From a virus: a stretch of 64,000 bases of DNA. This document shows, in pieces, positions 48,537-58,887 of this stretch (position 1 is the first letter of the stretch; each line of letters starts with the position of its first letter). The DNA lies in IMG/VR virus record IMGVR_UViG_3300000059_000319, positions 6,592 through 70,591 of that record. One strand, given 5' to 3'. The notes beneath the pieces were generated by a model. That model was not told the DNA's origin. It did no database searches and saw only the letters and a program-made list of their open reading frames with translations. The position numbers and the translations under genes are program-made.

Positions 48537-48698
48537 ATGAGTTACAGCAGCAGAGCATACCAAACAGAATTGAATTATGTATCATATCAAGAATTAATGA
48601 ATGGTACATTACCAACAGATGATGATTATTTGGTATGGCTTAAAGAAAAAGAATATGATGATTTTCTACTCCAAGTAGAAGAATTTGAAAAAAGATAA
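48537..48698 (+). CDS. Small acidic protein (53 aa), not in ORF track
   Basis: ...LNYVSYQELMNGTLPTDDDY...; homologue of 11102..11248. Confidence 0.75.
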   Translation: MSYSSRAYQTELNYVSYQELMNGTLPTDDDYLVWLKEKEYDDFLLQVEEFEKR

Positions 48699-48784
48699 AA
48701 AAAGTTTGTACCAAAAGTAGATTTTAGAAAGAAGCAGACTATTTATAGTATATATAAGAATAATAAAAAATAAAATTTGAGAAT

Positions 48785-49678
48785 ATGAAAGAGAATAACA
48801 ACCTGAAAACGTTAGTGATAAATGAACTATTGAAGACATTTACACCAACAGAAACAATAATACTGTCACAAGTATTTAATTATACTAACAAATTCTGTAA
48901 GATTAATTTATGGTACGGAAACAAACATAAACCTTATCATTCCAATTTAAATACAGAACTATACATGGAAACTTATTATGTATCACAACAGTCTGTTTTA
49001 AATGTTTTCAAAAAAGCAGAAAAATTAGGGTATGTAAAAACATTTAATGGTAAAAAAATAGATGGTGGTTTGCAAAAATTCTATTTAGTAAACTTCAATA
49101 AAGTAAATGAAGATTTTGGTACTGATTTTACAGTTGGTGAAGCATTAGAAAATGCATTTTTAACTCATACCAAAAACAAATCACAACAACCAAAACCAAC
49201 AGAAGCACAAGTAGAAGTAAAACCTGAACTTATAAAGATAGCAATAGCAGCTTCTGCACAACATCCGACAAAAGATGGTGAAATAAATGGTTTTGATTTA
49301 AATATGTCAGTTGAAGAAGAACCTATACCTGCTGAACCTGTAAGAACTGAACCACCATTTACATTACCTGCTGTTGAAATTATAGTTGAATCATCAATTG
49401 ATTCATCATTAGTTTCAGAAGAAGAAATTAATTTATTTAAGAAAAATACAGATGAATACCTGTTAGAAAAATGGATGAATACAGATATGTCAGATGCTGA
49501 AAAAAGAGAAAGAATAGATGATAGATTAGATTATTATAAGAGAATTGAAAACCAATTTAAAGAGGTATCAATATTTGATGATGACTACCAACAGAAGATA
49601 TACCCACATCGAGATTTAGTAAAAACTGAATATGGTCTATGGGTGGATAAAGAAGAAACAGTTGAAGAAGAATATTAA
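48785..49678 (+). CDS. Winged-HTH replication initiator-like protein
   Basis: FTPTETIILSQV...SQQSVLNVFKKAEKLGYVK...KFYLVNF; syntenic with 11420..12538. Confidence 0.5.
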   Translation: MKENNNLKTLVINELLKTFTPTETIILSQVFNYTNKFCKINLWYGNKHKPYHSNLNTELYMETYYVSQQSVLNVFKKAEKLGYVKTFNGKKIDGGLQKFYLVNFNKVNEDFGTDFTVGEALENAFLTHTKNKSQQPKPTEAQVEVKPELIKIAIAASAQHPTKDGEINGFDLNMSVEEEPIPAEPVRTEPPFTLPAVEIIVESSIDSSLVSEEEINLFKKNTDEYLLEKWMNTDMSDAEKRERIDDRLDYYKRIENQFKEVSIFDDDYQQKIYPHRDLVKTEYGLWVDKEETVEEEY

Positions 49679-49682
49679 AAAG

Positions 49683-49853
49683 TTACCTTCTAACACCCAA
49701 ACTTAAATCTATTACTCTATCTAATGCAGCATCGTAAGTATTATAATATTCACCTGCTACACAAAAATGAGTACCATCTAAGACTATGATATATTTATCT
49801 TCTTTAATTCTTTTTACTGAAAAAGTAGGTGGTGCAATTTTTTCCTTTTTCAT
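49683..49853 (-). CDS. Small antisense ORF (56 aa), not in ORF track
   Basis: MKKEKIAPPTFSVKRIKEDKYIIVLDG...; TACATTTG at 49874-49881 (minus strand). Confidence 0.55.
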   Translation of the reverse strand: MKKEKIAPPTFSVKRIKEDKYIIVLDGTHFCVAGEYYNTYDAALDRVIDLSLGVRR

Positions 49854-50046
49854 AATGGTATAATTAGATTATCCAAATGTAAAAAAAATATTATGAAAAA
49901 AGTAGATTTTAGCAAAGTAGTAGATATTTATAATAAAAAGAGAGTATGAAAACAAAGATTAAAAAATGGTTGAAAGAAAACCACACTTACATGGTAATAG
50001 GAATGATATTTATTCTAACAATAATAGAGATAATAAAAATAATAAT

Positions 50047-50286
50047 ATGAAGATAAATTTATTAGAAAAAATTGAAACAAACTTTTGGGGTAAACAAAAA
50101 CAAACAACACAGATAGAAATGATATTTGAATTGGAAAACTTTAATAGTCTACCATTACATGTTATTAAGAAATGTAAGAATTTGAGTTCACTCAAATATG
50201 AAGATGGTATCTATAAAATGACCTTGACACTTGATTGTGACAATTTTGAAGATTGGGAAAAATTTGTGTGGTTGAATAGATATTGA
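50047..50286 (+). CDS. Hypothetical protein (likely start MKINLL), B only
   Basis: ATGA-coupled to a 34-aa hydrophobic ORF at 49946..50050. Confidence 0.5.
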   Translation: MKINLLEKIETNFWGKQKQTTQIEMIFELENFNSLPLHVIKKCKNLSSLKYEDGIYKMTLTLDCDNFEDWEKFVWLNRY

Positions 50287-50305
50287 TAATAATAAAGATA
50301 GTGAT

Positions 50306-50812
50306 ATGAGTAGTAAAATGAATTTTAATAATATAAGTACAGAAGATGAATTTGATATACAATTTGAACACATAAATAATTTAAATAAAGAAAAAAGAAA
50401 AAAAGAGGATAAAGAAAATATGAAAGCAACAGGAATTATAACATTAACAGTAATAGCAATTTTAGTATTAATTGTAGGTGGTTTTATGTACGGAATACCA
50501 ACATATAATGTATGGCAACAAGAAATGAGTGGTAAAGCTGAAATGGCACGTGCTGAACAAAATAGAAGAATTTTGGTTGAAGAAGCAAAAGCAAAGTTAG
50601 AAGCAGAAAAATTAAATGCAGAAGCTGAATATGAACGTGCAAAAGGTATGAAGAAAGCTATGGAAGAAGAAAATGGTACACTTACTTCAACCTATAATCA
50701 ATATCTATTCATCAGAACATTAGAAAAATTAGCTGATAAAGGTTCATTACCTCAAATCATATATGTACCATCCGAAGGTTTGACCCCTGTAATGGATATA
50801 AATAAAAAATAA
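50306..50812 (+). CDS. Short SPFH/prohibitin-like membrane coiled-coil protein (start may be 50420), B only
   Basis: TM helix, YNVWQQEMSGKAE.A.AEQNR.I..EEAKA, IIYVPSEG..P. Confidence 0.6.
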   Translation: MSSKMNFNNISTEDEFDIQFEHINNLNKEKRKKEDKENMKATGIITLTVIAILVLIVGGFMYGIPTYNVWQQEMSGKAEMARAEQNRRILVEEAKAKLEAEKLNAEAEYERAKGMKKAMEEENGTLTSTYNQYLFIRTLEKLADKGSLPQIIYVPSEGLTPVMDINKK

Positions 50813-50825
50813 TAGAATAAAATAA

Positions 50826-51470
50826 ATGATAGTAACAGTAAGAAAAAGAGAAGATTTAAATGATTTAAAAAAACAACTCGATAATAAATTAAATAATATA
50901 AAAATAGGTGAAGAACCTGTTGTAATTAGCATTAAAACACCATTATCTGATAATAGAGATAGAAAGATTATAAAAAAATATATTTTAGATACTTTCAATA
51001 TAGAAAAATATATTTCAATTATAGTAACTGAAAATGAAATACAACTAACAAATAATAGTTATCCAACACTTGATTATAAATGTAATATGGAATACGTTAG
51101 TCATGGTTTCTTTTCAAAAAAATATTACAAGTTATATAAGGTATATTTTGATTTTCAAGGTGTAATTGATGACACAGCATATTATACTAATATGGTAAAT
51201 ATAATTTTGAATAATGTACCATATTATCTTTCTTTTTCAAATCTTAGTTGTGATGGTGAATATATCACAGGTCATTTTATTTTATCTCATTTAGAAAAAA
51301 CGACAAAAGAAGAATATAACAATAATCATTTTAAATATTTTGGAAATGTAGATGTTGATATAGAAAAGATATTAAATGAAAATATTGATAGTCGAGATTT
51401 TAAAACCTTAAAAATGATTATTGATAAATATAATGTGAGATTAATAGAATTGAATAATGCAAACTTATAA
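50826..51470 (+). CDS. Hypothetical protein, B only
   Basis: 214-aa co-oriented ORF. Confidence 0.55.
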   Translation: MIVTVRKREDLNDLKKQLDNKLNNIKIGEEPVVISIKTPLSDNRDRKIIKKYILDTFNIEKYISIIVTENEIQLTNNSYPTLDYKCNMEYVSHGFFSKKYYKLYKVYFDFQGVIDDTAYYTNMVNIILNNVPYYLSFSNLSCDGEYITGHFILSHLEKTTKEEYNNNHFKYFGNVDVDIEKILNENIDSRDFKTLKMIIDKYNVRLIELNNANL

Positions 51471-51810
51471 AATAGACTTAACAATAAAGGACTTTACATA
51501 TTACCTGATGGATTTAAACCGAAGAACACAAACATCATATAATAGTACAGATGTAAAGAATAGCACAAAACCAACATATACACATATTAGAACTGAATTA
51601 GGTAAGTATTTATTACCTGTACTATTAGATTTAGATACTTGTTGGACAGATACAGACAAAGAATTTATATTATCAAATTACCAACAAGAAGATGTATTTG
51701 ATGATGATAATAAATTACTTGGTATTAGATATAAATATATGGCAAGATTCTTAGAAGCTTTTGAAAGCTTTTTAGATGATAATAAAGAAGAAATAAAAGA
51801 AGAAAAATGA
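51457..51810 (+). CDS. Conserved hypothetical protein
   Basis: Homologue of 12727..13062. Confidence 0.75.
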   Translation: MQTYKIDLTIKDFTYYLMDLNRRTQTSYNSTDVKNSTKPTYTHIRTELGKYLLPVLLDLDTCWTDTDKEFILSNYQQEDVFDDDNKLLGIRYKYMARFLEAFESFLDDNKEEIKEEK

Positions 51811-52010
51811 AACAAATAATTAATATTAACACTATGTATTTAGAACAAATACATGAATTAAATAGAATTTTAGCTAATGGTTATGATATATTTAAATATG
51901 AAATAATTAATGAATCACAAATATTATTCATTCTCGAATATAAAGAAACATTACCAATAACAATAGTATCAGTTACTGATATGATAAAAAATAAAGAAGT
52001 AAAAAAGTAA
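51807..52010 (+). CDS. Small hypothetical protein, B only
   Basis: ATGA overlap with the upstream gene. Confidence 0.5.
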   Translation: MKQIININTMYLEQIHELNRILANGYDIFKYEIINESQILFILEYKETLPITIVSVTDMIKNKEVKK

Positions 52011-52019
52011 TAGAAGAAA

Positions 52020-52265
52020 ATGATAGATAGAAATGAAAATGAATACTTACCTGTAACAGTAATAGAGGGTGCAGAAGAAGGTAAAAGATTAGATGTTGTA
52101 GTAGATGGTGAAATAAAACCAATTGCAGATTTTTTACCTGTTTTACCTGATAGTTATTTTGAAGATGATGAAGAACGTCAACAAAAGAAAATGTCAGTAT
52201 TAAACAAACTTATTAGATTTTTAAATGATGTAAGTGGTGAAGAAAATGAAGATGAAATAAATTGA
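52020..52265 (+). CDS. Small acidic protein carrying a copy of the scaffold N-terminal motif, B only
   Basis: KKMSVLNKLIRFLNDV vs scaffold KKMSVLNKLITFLNDV. Confidence 0.6.
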   Translation: MIDRNENEYLPVTVIEGAEEGKRLDVVVDGEIKPIADFLPVLPDSYFEDDEERQQKKMSVLNKLIRFLNDVSGEENEDEIN

Positions 52266-52271
52266 TAAGGA

Positions 52272-52688
52272 ATGATTAATAAAGAAGAAAAAAGAAAAGA
52301 ACTTGAAAATAGATTAGAACAATTATTATCTGATATATATGATTTTGGTGATGGTATTTCAGTAGAATATTATGGTATTGATTTAGATATATCATCACAA
52401 ACAAAAAGAGGTAAACTTTTTAATCGTGATGCACAAAAAATCCTATTAATAGAACCAATAATAATTGATAGAACTAATGATAAAGATATATACTATGTAT
52501 ATAATAATGAATTTAAAGGAGATACAAAAGGATGGGGATATTCTTGCAAGTCTTCAATAGACGAATTAGTAAAAGAATTAGAAAGTTTAGAAAGATGTTA
52601 TCAATATGATAAAACAAAATACTGTATGTATTATAAAATTGAACATCAATTATTTGAAAAAATAAACAGTAATAGTACCGACTGCTAA
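52272..52688 (+). CDS. Hypothetical protein, B only
   Basis: 138-aa ORF followed by terminator ~52726-52763. Confidence 0.55.
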   Translation: MINKEEKRKELENRLEQLLSDIYDFGDGISVEYYGIDLDISSQTKRGKLFNRDAQKILLIEPIIIDRTNDKDIYYVYNNEFKGDTKGWGYSCKSSIDELVKELESLERCYQYDKTKYCMYYKIEHQLFEKINSNSTDC

Positions 52689-52801
52689 TAGGGTGCTAAA
52701 AATTCTCAAAATAATTATTATTCGGTGGTGACTTGCTTGTGAAAGTAGGTCATCACTTTTTTTATACCCTTCAAAATCTTTATTATAAAGATAATATTGA
52801 A

Positions 52802-53254
52802 ATGAATAAAGAAAACATAAAACAGTTAGTAATAGATAAATTAAACCTATTATCATTACCCATACCTATCACAACAATTAATAATATTAATGAATTAAAA
52901 TCTTGGGTAACATCATTAAATCTACCATCAGCAGTTAACACCATCAGGTTTACATCTTCTTATATGTTAGACAAATTCAATTCATTTAATATTGATGATT
53001 TTGAAGAAAAAACCGATAGAGCATATACAGATGATGAATATGTAAATCAGTTGATGAATTATTTAGGTTACACATCATTATATAATATGTTGGAGAAGAA
53101 CCACCCATCACTTAATGATGAATATAAAAATATCCCTTGTGTATATTATGATAATAATTCATCAGCATATCTAATAGTAAATGATGTGGTGGTGAAATAT
53201 AATACCAAATCAGCAACATTAGGAAATAAAATATCAAATTTCTTTTCTAATTAA
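52802..53254 (+). CDS. Conserved hypothetical protein (likely start MNKENI)
   Basis: Homologue of 13202..13648; promoter motif at 52775. Confidence 0.7.
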   Translation: MNKENIKQLVIDKLNLLSLPIPITTINNINELKSWVTSLNLPSAVNTIRFTSSYMLDKFNSFNIDDFEEKTDRAYTDDEYVNQLMNYLGYTSLYNMLEKNHPSLNDEYKNIPCVYYDNNSSAYLIVNDVVVKYNTKSATLGNKISNFFSN

Positions 53255-53364
53255 AATATTAATATTCAACATATTAAATGATTATTGAAAAATAATTTAA
53301 CTTTTTTCTGCTAAATATTTACATTTTTTCACATTTCTCTATATTTATTATAAAGAGATGTTTA

Positions 53365-53895
53365 ATGAAAAATATTACAGAAAATGAAAGACTAACACAG
53401 TTTAATGACTATTGGGGTAAGAAAGTAGTAAAAGAATACCTTATTAAAAATGGTGTTGATGAAAATACCATATACGATACAAAGAAATATGACTGCTGTG
53501 ATTTAATTGTAGAAATGGGTGGTACTATACATATTATTGAAATTAAAAACCGATACACACCACCTAAATACTATCGTGAATTACCTGCATATGGAATACA
53601 AGATGTGAAATACAACAAACTATTATTCAAGAAAAAAGAAATAGAAGTATATCACAATAAAAAATGTAGAATACATTATATCAATTTGTCAGAACACCAC
53701 ATGTATGTACATGACATTACTGATGTTGATAGGTCATCACTTGAAGTACAAGAAAGATACACCAACAAACAACATCAATCGGATGTAAAAGTACTACACA
53801 AGTACTATCAATTAAAAGTTAATGCCGAATACACCAAATCACATCAATTACCTGATGAATTGAAACAAGAAAGGATGGTGTATTATGGTAAATAA
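53365..53895 (+). CDS. PD-(D/E)XK nuclease-like protein
   Basis: Homologue of 13695..14249. Confidence 0.65.
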   Translation: MKNITENERLTQFNDYWGKKVVKEYLIKNGVDENTIYDTKKYDCCDLIVEMGGTIHIIEIKNRYTPPKYYRELPAYGIQDVKYNKLLFKKKEIEVYHNKKCRIHYINLSEHHMYVHDITDVDRSSLEVQERYTNKQHQSDVKVLHKYYQLKVNAEYTKSHQLPDELKQERMVYYGK

Positions 53896-54517
53896 TACTG
53901 ACTATAATGACTATCTACAATTCATTAATGATAACTATGATAGGTTAAAAGAAGGGTTAATTAAAAATGGTACATATGATGATGATTCTTTTCATAATGC
54001 CATTATATCAACTTCAAATTCTATTATTAATCATCCGAAAAAAATAGATGATTATGAAAGTTACTTTTTTTGGTGTGCTCGTAACAAATATTTAGATGAT
54101 AAAAAATATAAAGATAGAGATAATAAGAGAGAAGTTAAAGGATTATTTGAACAACAGGAATCACCATATTTTGATGTGGGTGATGATGTTAGCGGTGACA
54201 CAAGACAAACAGATGTTCAATCTTATTTAAATTATTTAATTGAAGAAGATTTTGATAATGAAACATACCATCAGAATGTAAATAAACTCTATAAGAATAT
54301 TATAGATGTGGTTGGTAAAGAGTTTTCACCACTCGAAGCTGATATATATTGCATGTATAAATATTTAAAAGCGAATGGTAAAATTAAGAATAAAAAACAA
54401 TTGTGTAAAATATTCAAATTATCAGAATCAAAGACAAATAATATTCTTGCAAAAATCAATAAATGGGTGAAAAACAATAATGAAATAAAAGAATTAAAAA
54501 GTAAAATATATGATTGA
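53885..54517 (+). CDS. Phage sigma-70/ECF-like sigma factor
   Basis: Homologue of 14236..14847 (YFFWCARNKY; C-terminal HTH). Confidence 0.7.
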   Translation: MVNNTDYNDYLQFINDNYDRLKEGLIKNGTYDDDSFHNAIISTSNSIINHPKKIDDYESYFFWCARNKYLDDKKYKDRDNKREVKGLFEQQESPYFDVGDDVSGDTRQTDVQSYLNYLIEEDFDNETYHQNVNKLYKNIIDVVGKEFSPLEADIYCMYKYLKANGKIKNKKQLCKIFKLSESKTNNILAKINKWVKNNNEIKELKSKIYD

Positions 54518-54827
54518 ATTAATACCAAGTTTTTTTGAATTATGGTTAGTTGTAATAATAGGTATTATAGTATATATAACCACATTCATTACCACCCATT
54601 CTTTAAAGTATAATTTACCTCAAATTGAATTATTTAATCACAAGCCGTTTACCTGTTGGTTGTGCAGTTATGCTACACTTCAAACATTTATATCAATCAA
54701 TTTAGCATTTATCAACCCATTTTATTTAGTGTGGTGTGGTATAATTACAGGTTATGGCATATTTATAATATATAAGAGAAATAAAGAAATTGAAAATGAA
54801 TATAGAACAAGTAAAAAAACAAAATGA
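54510..54827 (+). CDS. Membrane protein with KPFTCxxC (DUF1360-like)
   Basis: Homologue of 14840..15142. Confidence 0.65.
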   Translation: MIELIPSFFELWLVVIIGIIVYITTFITTHSLKYNLPQIELFNHKPFTCWLCSYATLQTFISINLAFINPFYLVWCGIITGYGIFIIYKRNKEIENEYRTSKKTK

Positions 54828-55098
54828 TAATAAACTTACAGAAGTTAGTTTAAAAATAATAAAAGAAATACCAAATACTAATGACTTTAAGAAAGCAATA
54901 TATATAATAATGGCATTATTCTTAGGGGCATTAGCACTTATATTATTTTTTATTGGTGTGTTACTATCATTATTGATAAACATCAATATAATGGTGGTTA
55001 TATGCACTCTAATAATGTGTGGTGGTGTTCATATAGCATTTAGTGCAAAGAATAAATTATTTAAAAAATATAATGAATTAAAAGAATTAATGAAATGA
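54790..55098 (+). CDS. Two-TM hypothetical protein
   Basis: Positional counterpart of 15139..15468. Confidence 0.55.
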   Translation: MKMNIEQVKKQNDNKLTEVSLKIIKEIPNTNDFKKAIYIIMALFLGALALILFFIGVLLSLLININIMVVICTLIMCGGVHIAFSAKNKLFKKYNELKELMK

Positions 55099-55523
55099 AT
55101 ATAATTGAAGCAAACAAAAGACGTGTAAGTGTATCAAAATCACATTCATACACAAAAGAAAATGTATTATTAGCTGAACAGTTTTTAGTTGAATATGGTA
55201 AGAATCAAAGACATATTGACCCTGTGAAGGTATTAGAAGCATATAATGCTATTAAAGGTACATCAGTACAAGCAGGTGCATGTAAATCGTGTGGTTTTTC
55301 AAAATATATAATCGGTATTCAAAACTATGCTAAATATGGCAGAATGGTGTTAGAAAATGAAGGTGTTGATTTAGATGAAAAAGTTGAACCTGTAAGAGTT
55401 ACAGAAGAAATAAGTGAAGAAAGAATTGATACAGGAATTGTAGAAGAAATAAGTGAAGAACCTGTAAAAGAAAATAAGAGTGTAAAAACAAAAAAGTCTA
55501 ATGCAAAAAGTAAAAATAAATGA
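55095..55523 (+). CDS. Conserved hypothetical protein with GACKSCG
   Basis: Homologue of 15465..15887. Confidence 0.7.
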   Translation: MNIIEANKRRVSVSKSHSYTKENVLLAEQFLVEYGKNQRHIDPVKVLEAYNAIKGTSVQAGACKSCGFSKYIIGIQNYAKYGRMVLENEGVDLDEKVEPVRVTEEISEERIDTGIVEEISEEPVKENKSVKTKKSNAKSKNK

Positions 55524-56303
55524 TATTGAATATAATATACCTTCTGAATGGGATGACCTGACATTTGAACAATATTGTCAGGTCTTTTATGACTTGCATG
55601 AACAAGATGAAGAATCTAATAATGAAATTATTAATGTAAAGAATGAAGTAAAAATATTCAGTAGATTAATTGGAATTAGTGAGGATGAAATATTAGATGC
55701 ACCGATTGATTTTTATAATAAATTACGTGACCTGTTATCATTCCTGTATGTACGTGAATCATTTTATTATACTGATGCAGATAATGAAATTGAAATAGAT
55801 GGTATTAAATATCATATTCCAACACAAGATAAAATTAAATTACGTCAACATATTGATATTGATATAACCACACAAGAACCTGATTCACCAACAAAATTTA
55901 TTGAATTATTAGCGATTGTATTAGTTGAAGAAGATAAAGAATATGATGGTTATTATTTAGAATTATTTGAAAAACTAAAGAAAATCAAGTGTACAACAGC
56001 ATTTAAATTATTAGGTTTTTTTTTGCTCAAAGGAAAGATAACGAAAGAAATTATCAACAGTTATACACATCTAACAGCGGAAATAAACCAATTGCACCAC
56101 AGTACACAAAATTTATAAAGAATTATAATTGGAAGCATATTGTTAGTACACTAAGTAACAATAATATACTTGTTGAAGATGAAATATTAAATCTATATGC
56201 TAATGAAGTAATGTCACATTTATGTTATTTAAATGCACGTACACAAGCAGAAGAAGCACAACAGAAATATACAGATGATTTAAATAAGAACAAACGTAGA
56301 TAA
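55501..56303 (+). CDS. Tail assembly chaperone: G form ends 56118; GT form by -1 frameshift ends 56303
   Basis: GGT TTT TTT TTG at 56014-56025; -1 frame open to TAA 56301-56303. Confidence 0.8.
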
Positions 56304-56330
56304 GGGGTTGATTATTCAACCCTTTTTTTA
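56303..56330 (+). terminator. Terminator right after the GT-frame stop
   Basis: GGGTTGA-TTAT-TCAACCC + T run; placement supports the -1 frame extension as the real gene end. Confidence 0.7.
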
Positions 56331-56368
56331 TTCACCACCAAATCTTTATTATAAAAGATAATAGTAGA

Positions 56369-56881
56369 ATGGCAAGAACAAAACCAACAAAAAAAGAACT
56401 TGAATTGATGGAAGAATTTAATGGTGAGTTAACCCGAAATGAGATACTACCATACTTAGAAGAAGAAAAATTAATTTTTGCTTCAAATGCCATATTGTCA
56501 AATACATATCCTAATGCTATTAAAAAAATTAGAAAGGAATTTGAAATAAGTAAAGACCAAGCACAAAATTTAATAGCACAAGCGAAAGAAGAACAATCAT
56601 TAGCTAATGCATATAGAGGTGATATAGAAGAACAAATAAATGAATTGTGTAACCGATTTGAATACAATCACCAATTAGCAATTGAACGTGGTGACATGAA
56701 AGCTGCTAATACTGCATTAGCTGAAATAGGTAAGTTAAGACAATTATACATACATAAATATGAAGTTGAAATATCTACTAAAGAATTTGTACTTGAATGG
56801 GGTACTGCTAATATTCCAACAGATGTAGACTATGAAGAAGTAGATGACAATAATAATGAAGATGAAGATGTACCATTTTAA
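56369..56881 (+). CDS. terS: Terminase small subunit
   Basis: Homologue of 16971..17477, upstream of TerL. Confidence 0.65.
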   Translation: MARTKPTKKELELMEEFNGELTRNEILPYLEEEKLIFASNAILSNTYPNAIKKIRKEFEISKDQAQNLIAQAKEEQSLANAYRGDIEEQINELCNRFEYNHQLAIERGDMKAANTALAEIGKLRQLYIHKYEVEISTKEFVLEWGTANIPTDVDYEEVDDNNNEDEDVPF

Positions 56882-58290
56882 TGATAGAAGTAAATGAAAA
56901 ACAACATATTGATAATTATAAATTAAAAACATTTCGTGGTGGTGTACGAGATGAAAAAGGACGTATTCAAGGTAATGGTAATGTGTTAGTTGAAACAAAA
57001 GATATACCTGTAAAGATAAAACCATACAACCCACATATACATCAGCTTCACATACATCAATACTTAGATAGTGCTAAATCAAAATTCCACATTCTTGTAT
57101 GTAGTAGACGATTCGGAAAAAGTATGTTAGCACTTAACCAAAGTATCAAATGGGCATTATCAAAACCAAAGCAAAAGGTAGCATATATTACTGCATCATT
57201 AAGATTGTGTAGAAAATTCTTCAAAGAAATTAATGAACAATTTCAAGGTGAATTAAGAAGTATAGTCATAGCTGATTCAAACAAAACTGAACTACTTATA
57301 ACTTTTGCTAATGGTTCAGAACTTCAATTTTTCACATTTGAAAACCCTTCAAAATTACGTGGTTTTGGTTTTAATTATGCAATAGTTGATGAAGCACAAG
57401 ATTTAGAAAAAGAATCATTTTTTGCTGATGTAGAACCAACCTTTGGTAATAATATTGCTAAACAGGTATTAATACTTGGTACACCCAATTCAACAGATAG
57501 TTGGTTTTATGATTTTTATGAAAGGGGTATGAGTGAAAAAGATGAAGATGTAAATTATAAATCATTCCACTATACCATATGGGATATACCTGAATATCTA
57601 ATGGGTTATACTTCAAAATTGGATAAACAAAAAAATTATCCAAAAGATATTTTTAAGATGGAATGGGAAGCTGAATTTGTTGATGGACTTATTTCAGTTT
57701 TCAAAAACTATTTAGAATGTACTATTAATGCTGAATCTATTCCATATGACCCATCTGATACATATTTTGGGGGGTTAGATGTAGGTAGAAGTGATTATAC
57801 TGTATTTACAATTATGAATAGAAAATTTGAAATGGTATATCAGTTAAGGGTTAATCAATTAGATTACTATCCTATGGCAACGATGGTAATAAATGCTTTA
57901 AAAAAATACAAAGTAAAAAGAACTGTAATAGAAATGAATAATGCAGGTACACCATTTTTGGAAATTTTGAAAGAAAAAATTAAGAATGAAAATATTCAAT
58001 ACCATAGGTTTGAAGAATTTGTAACCTTAAATGATACCAAACGAGATTTAATAGAAGATTTGATAGTAGCATTTCAAAATAAATCTATTAAGATATTGAA
58101 TTTAAAACCATTACTAAAAGAACTTGGAAAGTTTGTGTTATCATTTTCACCTAAAACAAAGGCACGTATCTATAAAGGGATAGGTAATTCACATGATGAT
58201 ACTGTGATGTCGCTTGCCTTCGCATACAAATGTGTAAAGGATTATGCAGGTTCACTAAATAAAGAATATATAAGAATTATAAAACGATGA
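56881..58290 (+). CDS. terL: Terminase large subunit
   Basis: CSRRFGKS, YAIVDEAQ, GGLDVGRSD, HDDTVMSLAFA. Confidence 0.92.
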   Translation: MIEVNEKQHIDNYKLKTFRGGVRDEKGRIQGNGNVLVETKDIPVKIKPYNPHIHQLHIHQYLDSAKSKFHILVCSRRFGKSMLALNQSIKWALSKPKQKVAYITASLRLCRKFFKEINEQFQGELRSIVIADSNKTELLITFANGSELQFFTFENPSKLRGFGFNYAIVDEAQDLEKESFFADVEPTFGNNIAKQVLILGTPNSTDSWFYDFYERGMSEKDEDVNYKSFHYTIWDIPEYLMGYTSKLDKQKNYPKDIFKMEWEAEFVDGLISVFKNYLECTINAESIPYDPSDTYFGGLDVGRSDYTVFTIMNRKFEMVYQLRVNQLDYYPMATMVINALKKYKVKRTVIEMNNAGTPFLEILKEKIKNENIQYHRFEEFVTLNDTKRDLIEDLIVAFQNKSIKILNLKPLLKELGKFVLSFSPKTKARIYKGIGNSHDDTVMSLAFAYKCVKDYAGSLNKEYIRIIKR

Positions 58291-58883
58291 TAAATGAAAT
58301 AATAGATTTATTCTATGAACTAAGTAGAACACACCCACTTATTAAATCATTTAAATATGATAAGGTAACGATGGGTGCAGGTATCGGTGATGAATATTTA
58401 CCACAAGTTTTTTTAGAAGAACCGATAATGATAAATAATAATAGTGTTGATGATAATGTAACTACAACCACATTAAATTTTGATATTGTTTTTTCATTAA
58501 CTGATAAACAAAATGATGATGTTGAACAACCGACACCCGAAAAGGTGCAATCATTAGCACATCACATAGGTCTTCAATTTATGGATAGAATTAATAAGAC
58601 ATATGATTTATGGTTAGAAGATGAAAATAATGATTACCAACCATTTAAAGTATTATCATATGATTTTATAACATTAAGAAATTGGTATGATAATAATTGT
58701 TCAGGTGTTAGATGTTCCGTTACCTTACAGAGAATGAACCCACTTGATAAATGTGATGATTCTTGGTTTGACCCTGATAAAGAATTACCTATTGATAATT
58801 TATTACCAAATATACCTACACCAAATGCTGATGGTTGTGTGGACTTTGATTTTAAATTACCAACAATAAATTGGACAAAATAA
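58287..58883 (+). CDS. Neck/tail-terminator-like protein
   Basis: Homologue of 18875..19474. Confidence 0.45.
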   Translation: MINEIIDLFYELSRTHPLIKSFKYDKVTMGAGIGDEYLPQVFLEEPIMINNNSVDDNVTTTTLNFDIVFSLTDKQNDDVEQPTPEKVQSLAHHIGLQFMDRINKTYDLWLEDENNDYQPFKVLSYDFITLRNWYDNNCSGVRCSVTLQRMNPLDKCDDSWFDPDKELPIDNLLPNIPTPNADGCVDFDFKLPTINWTK

Positions 58884-58887
58884 TATT

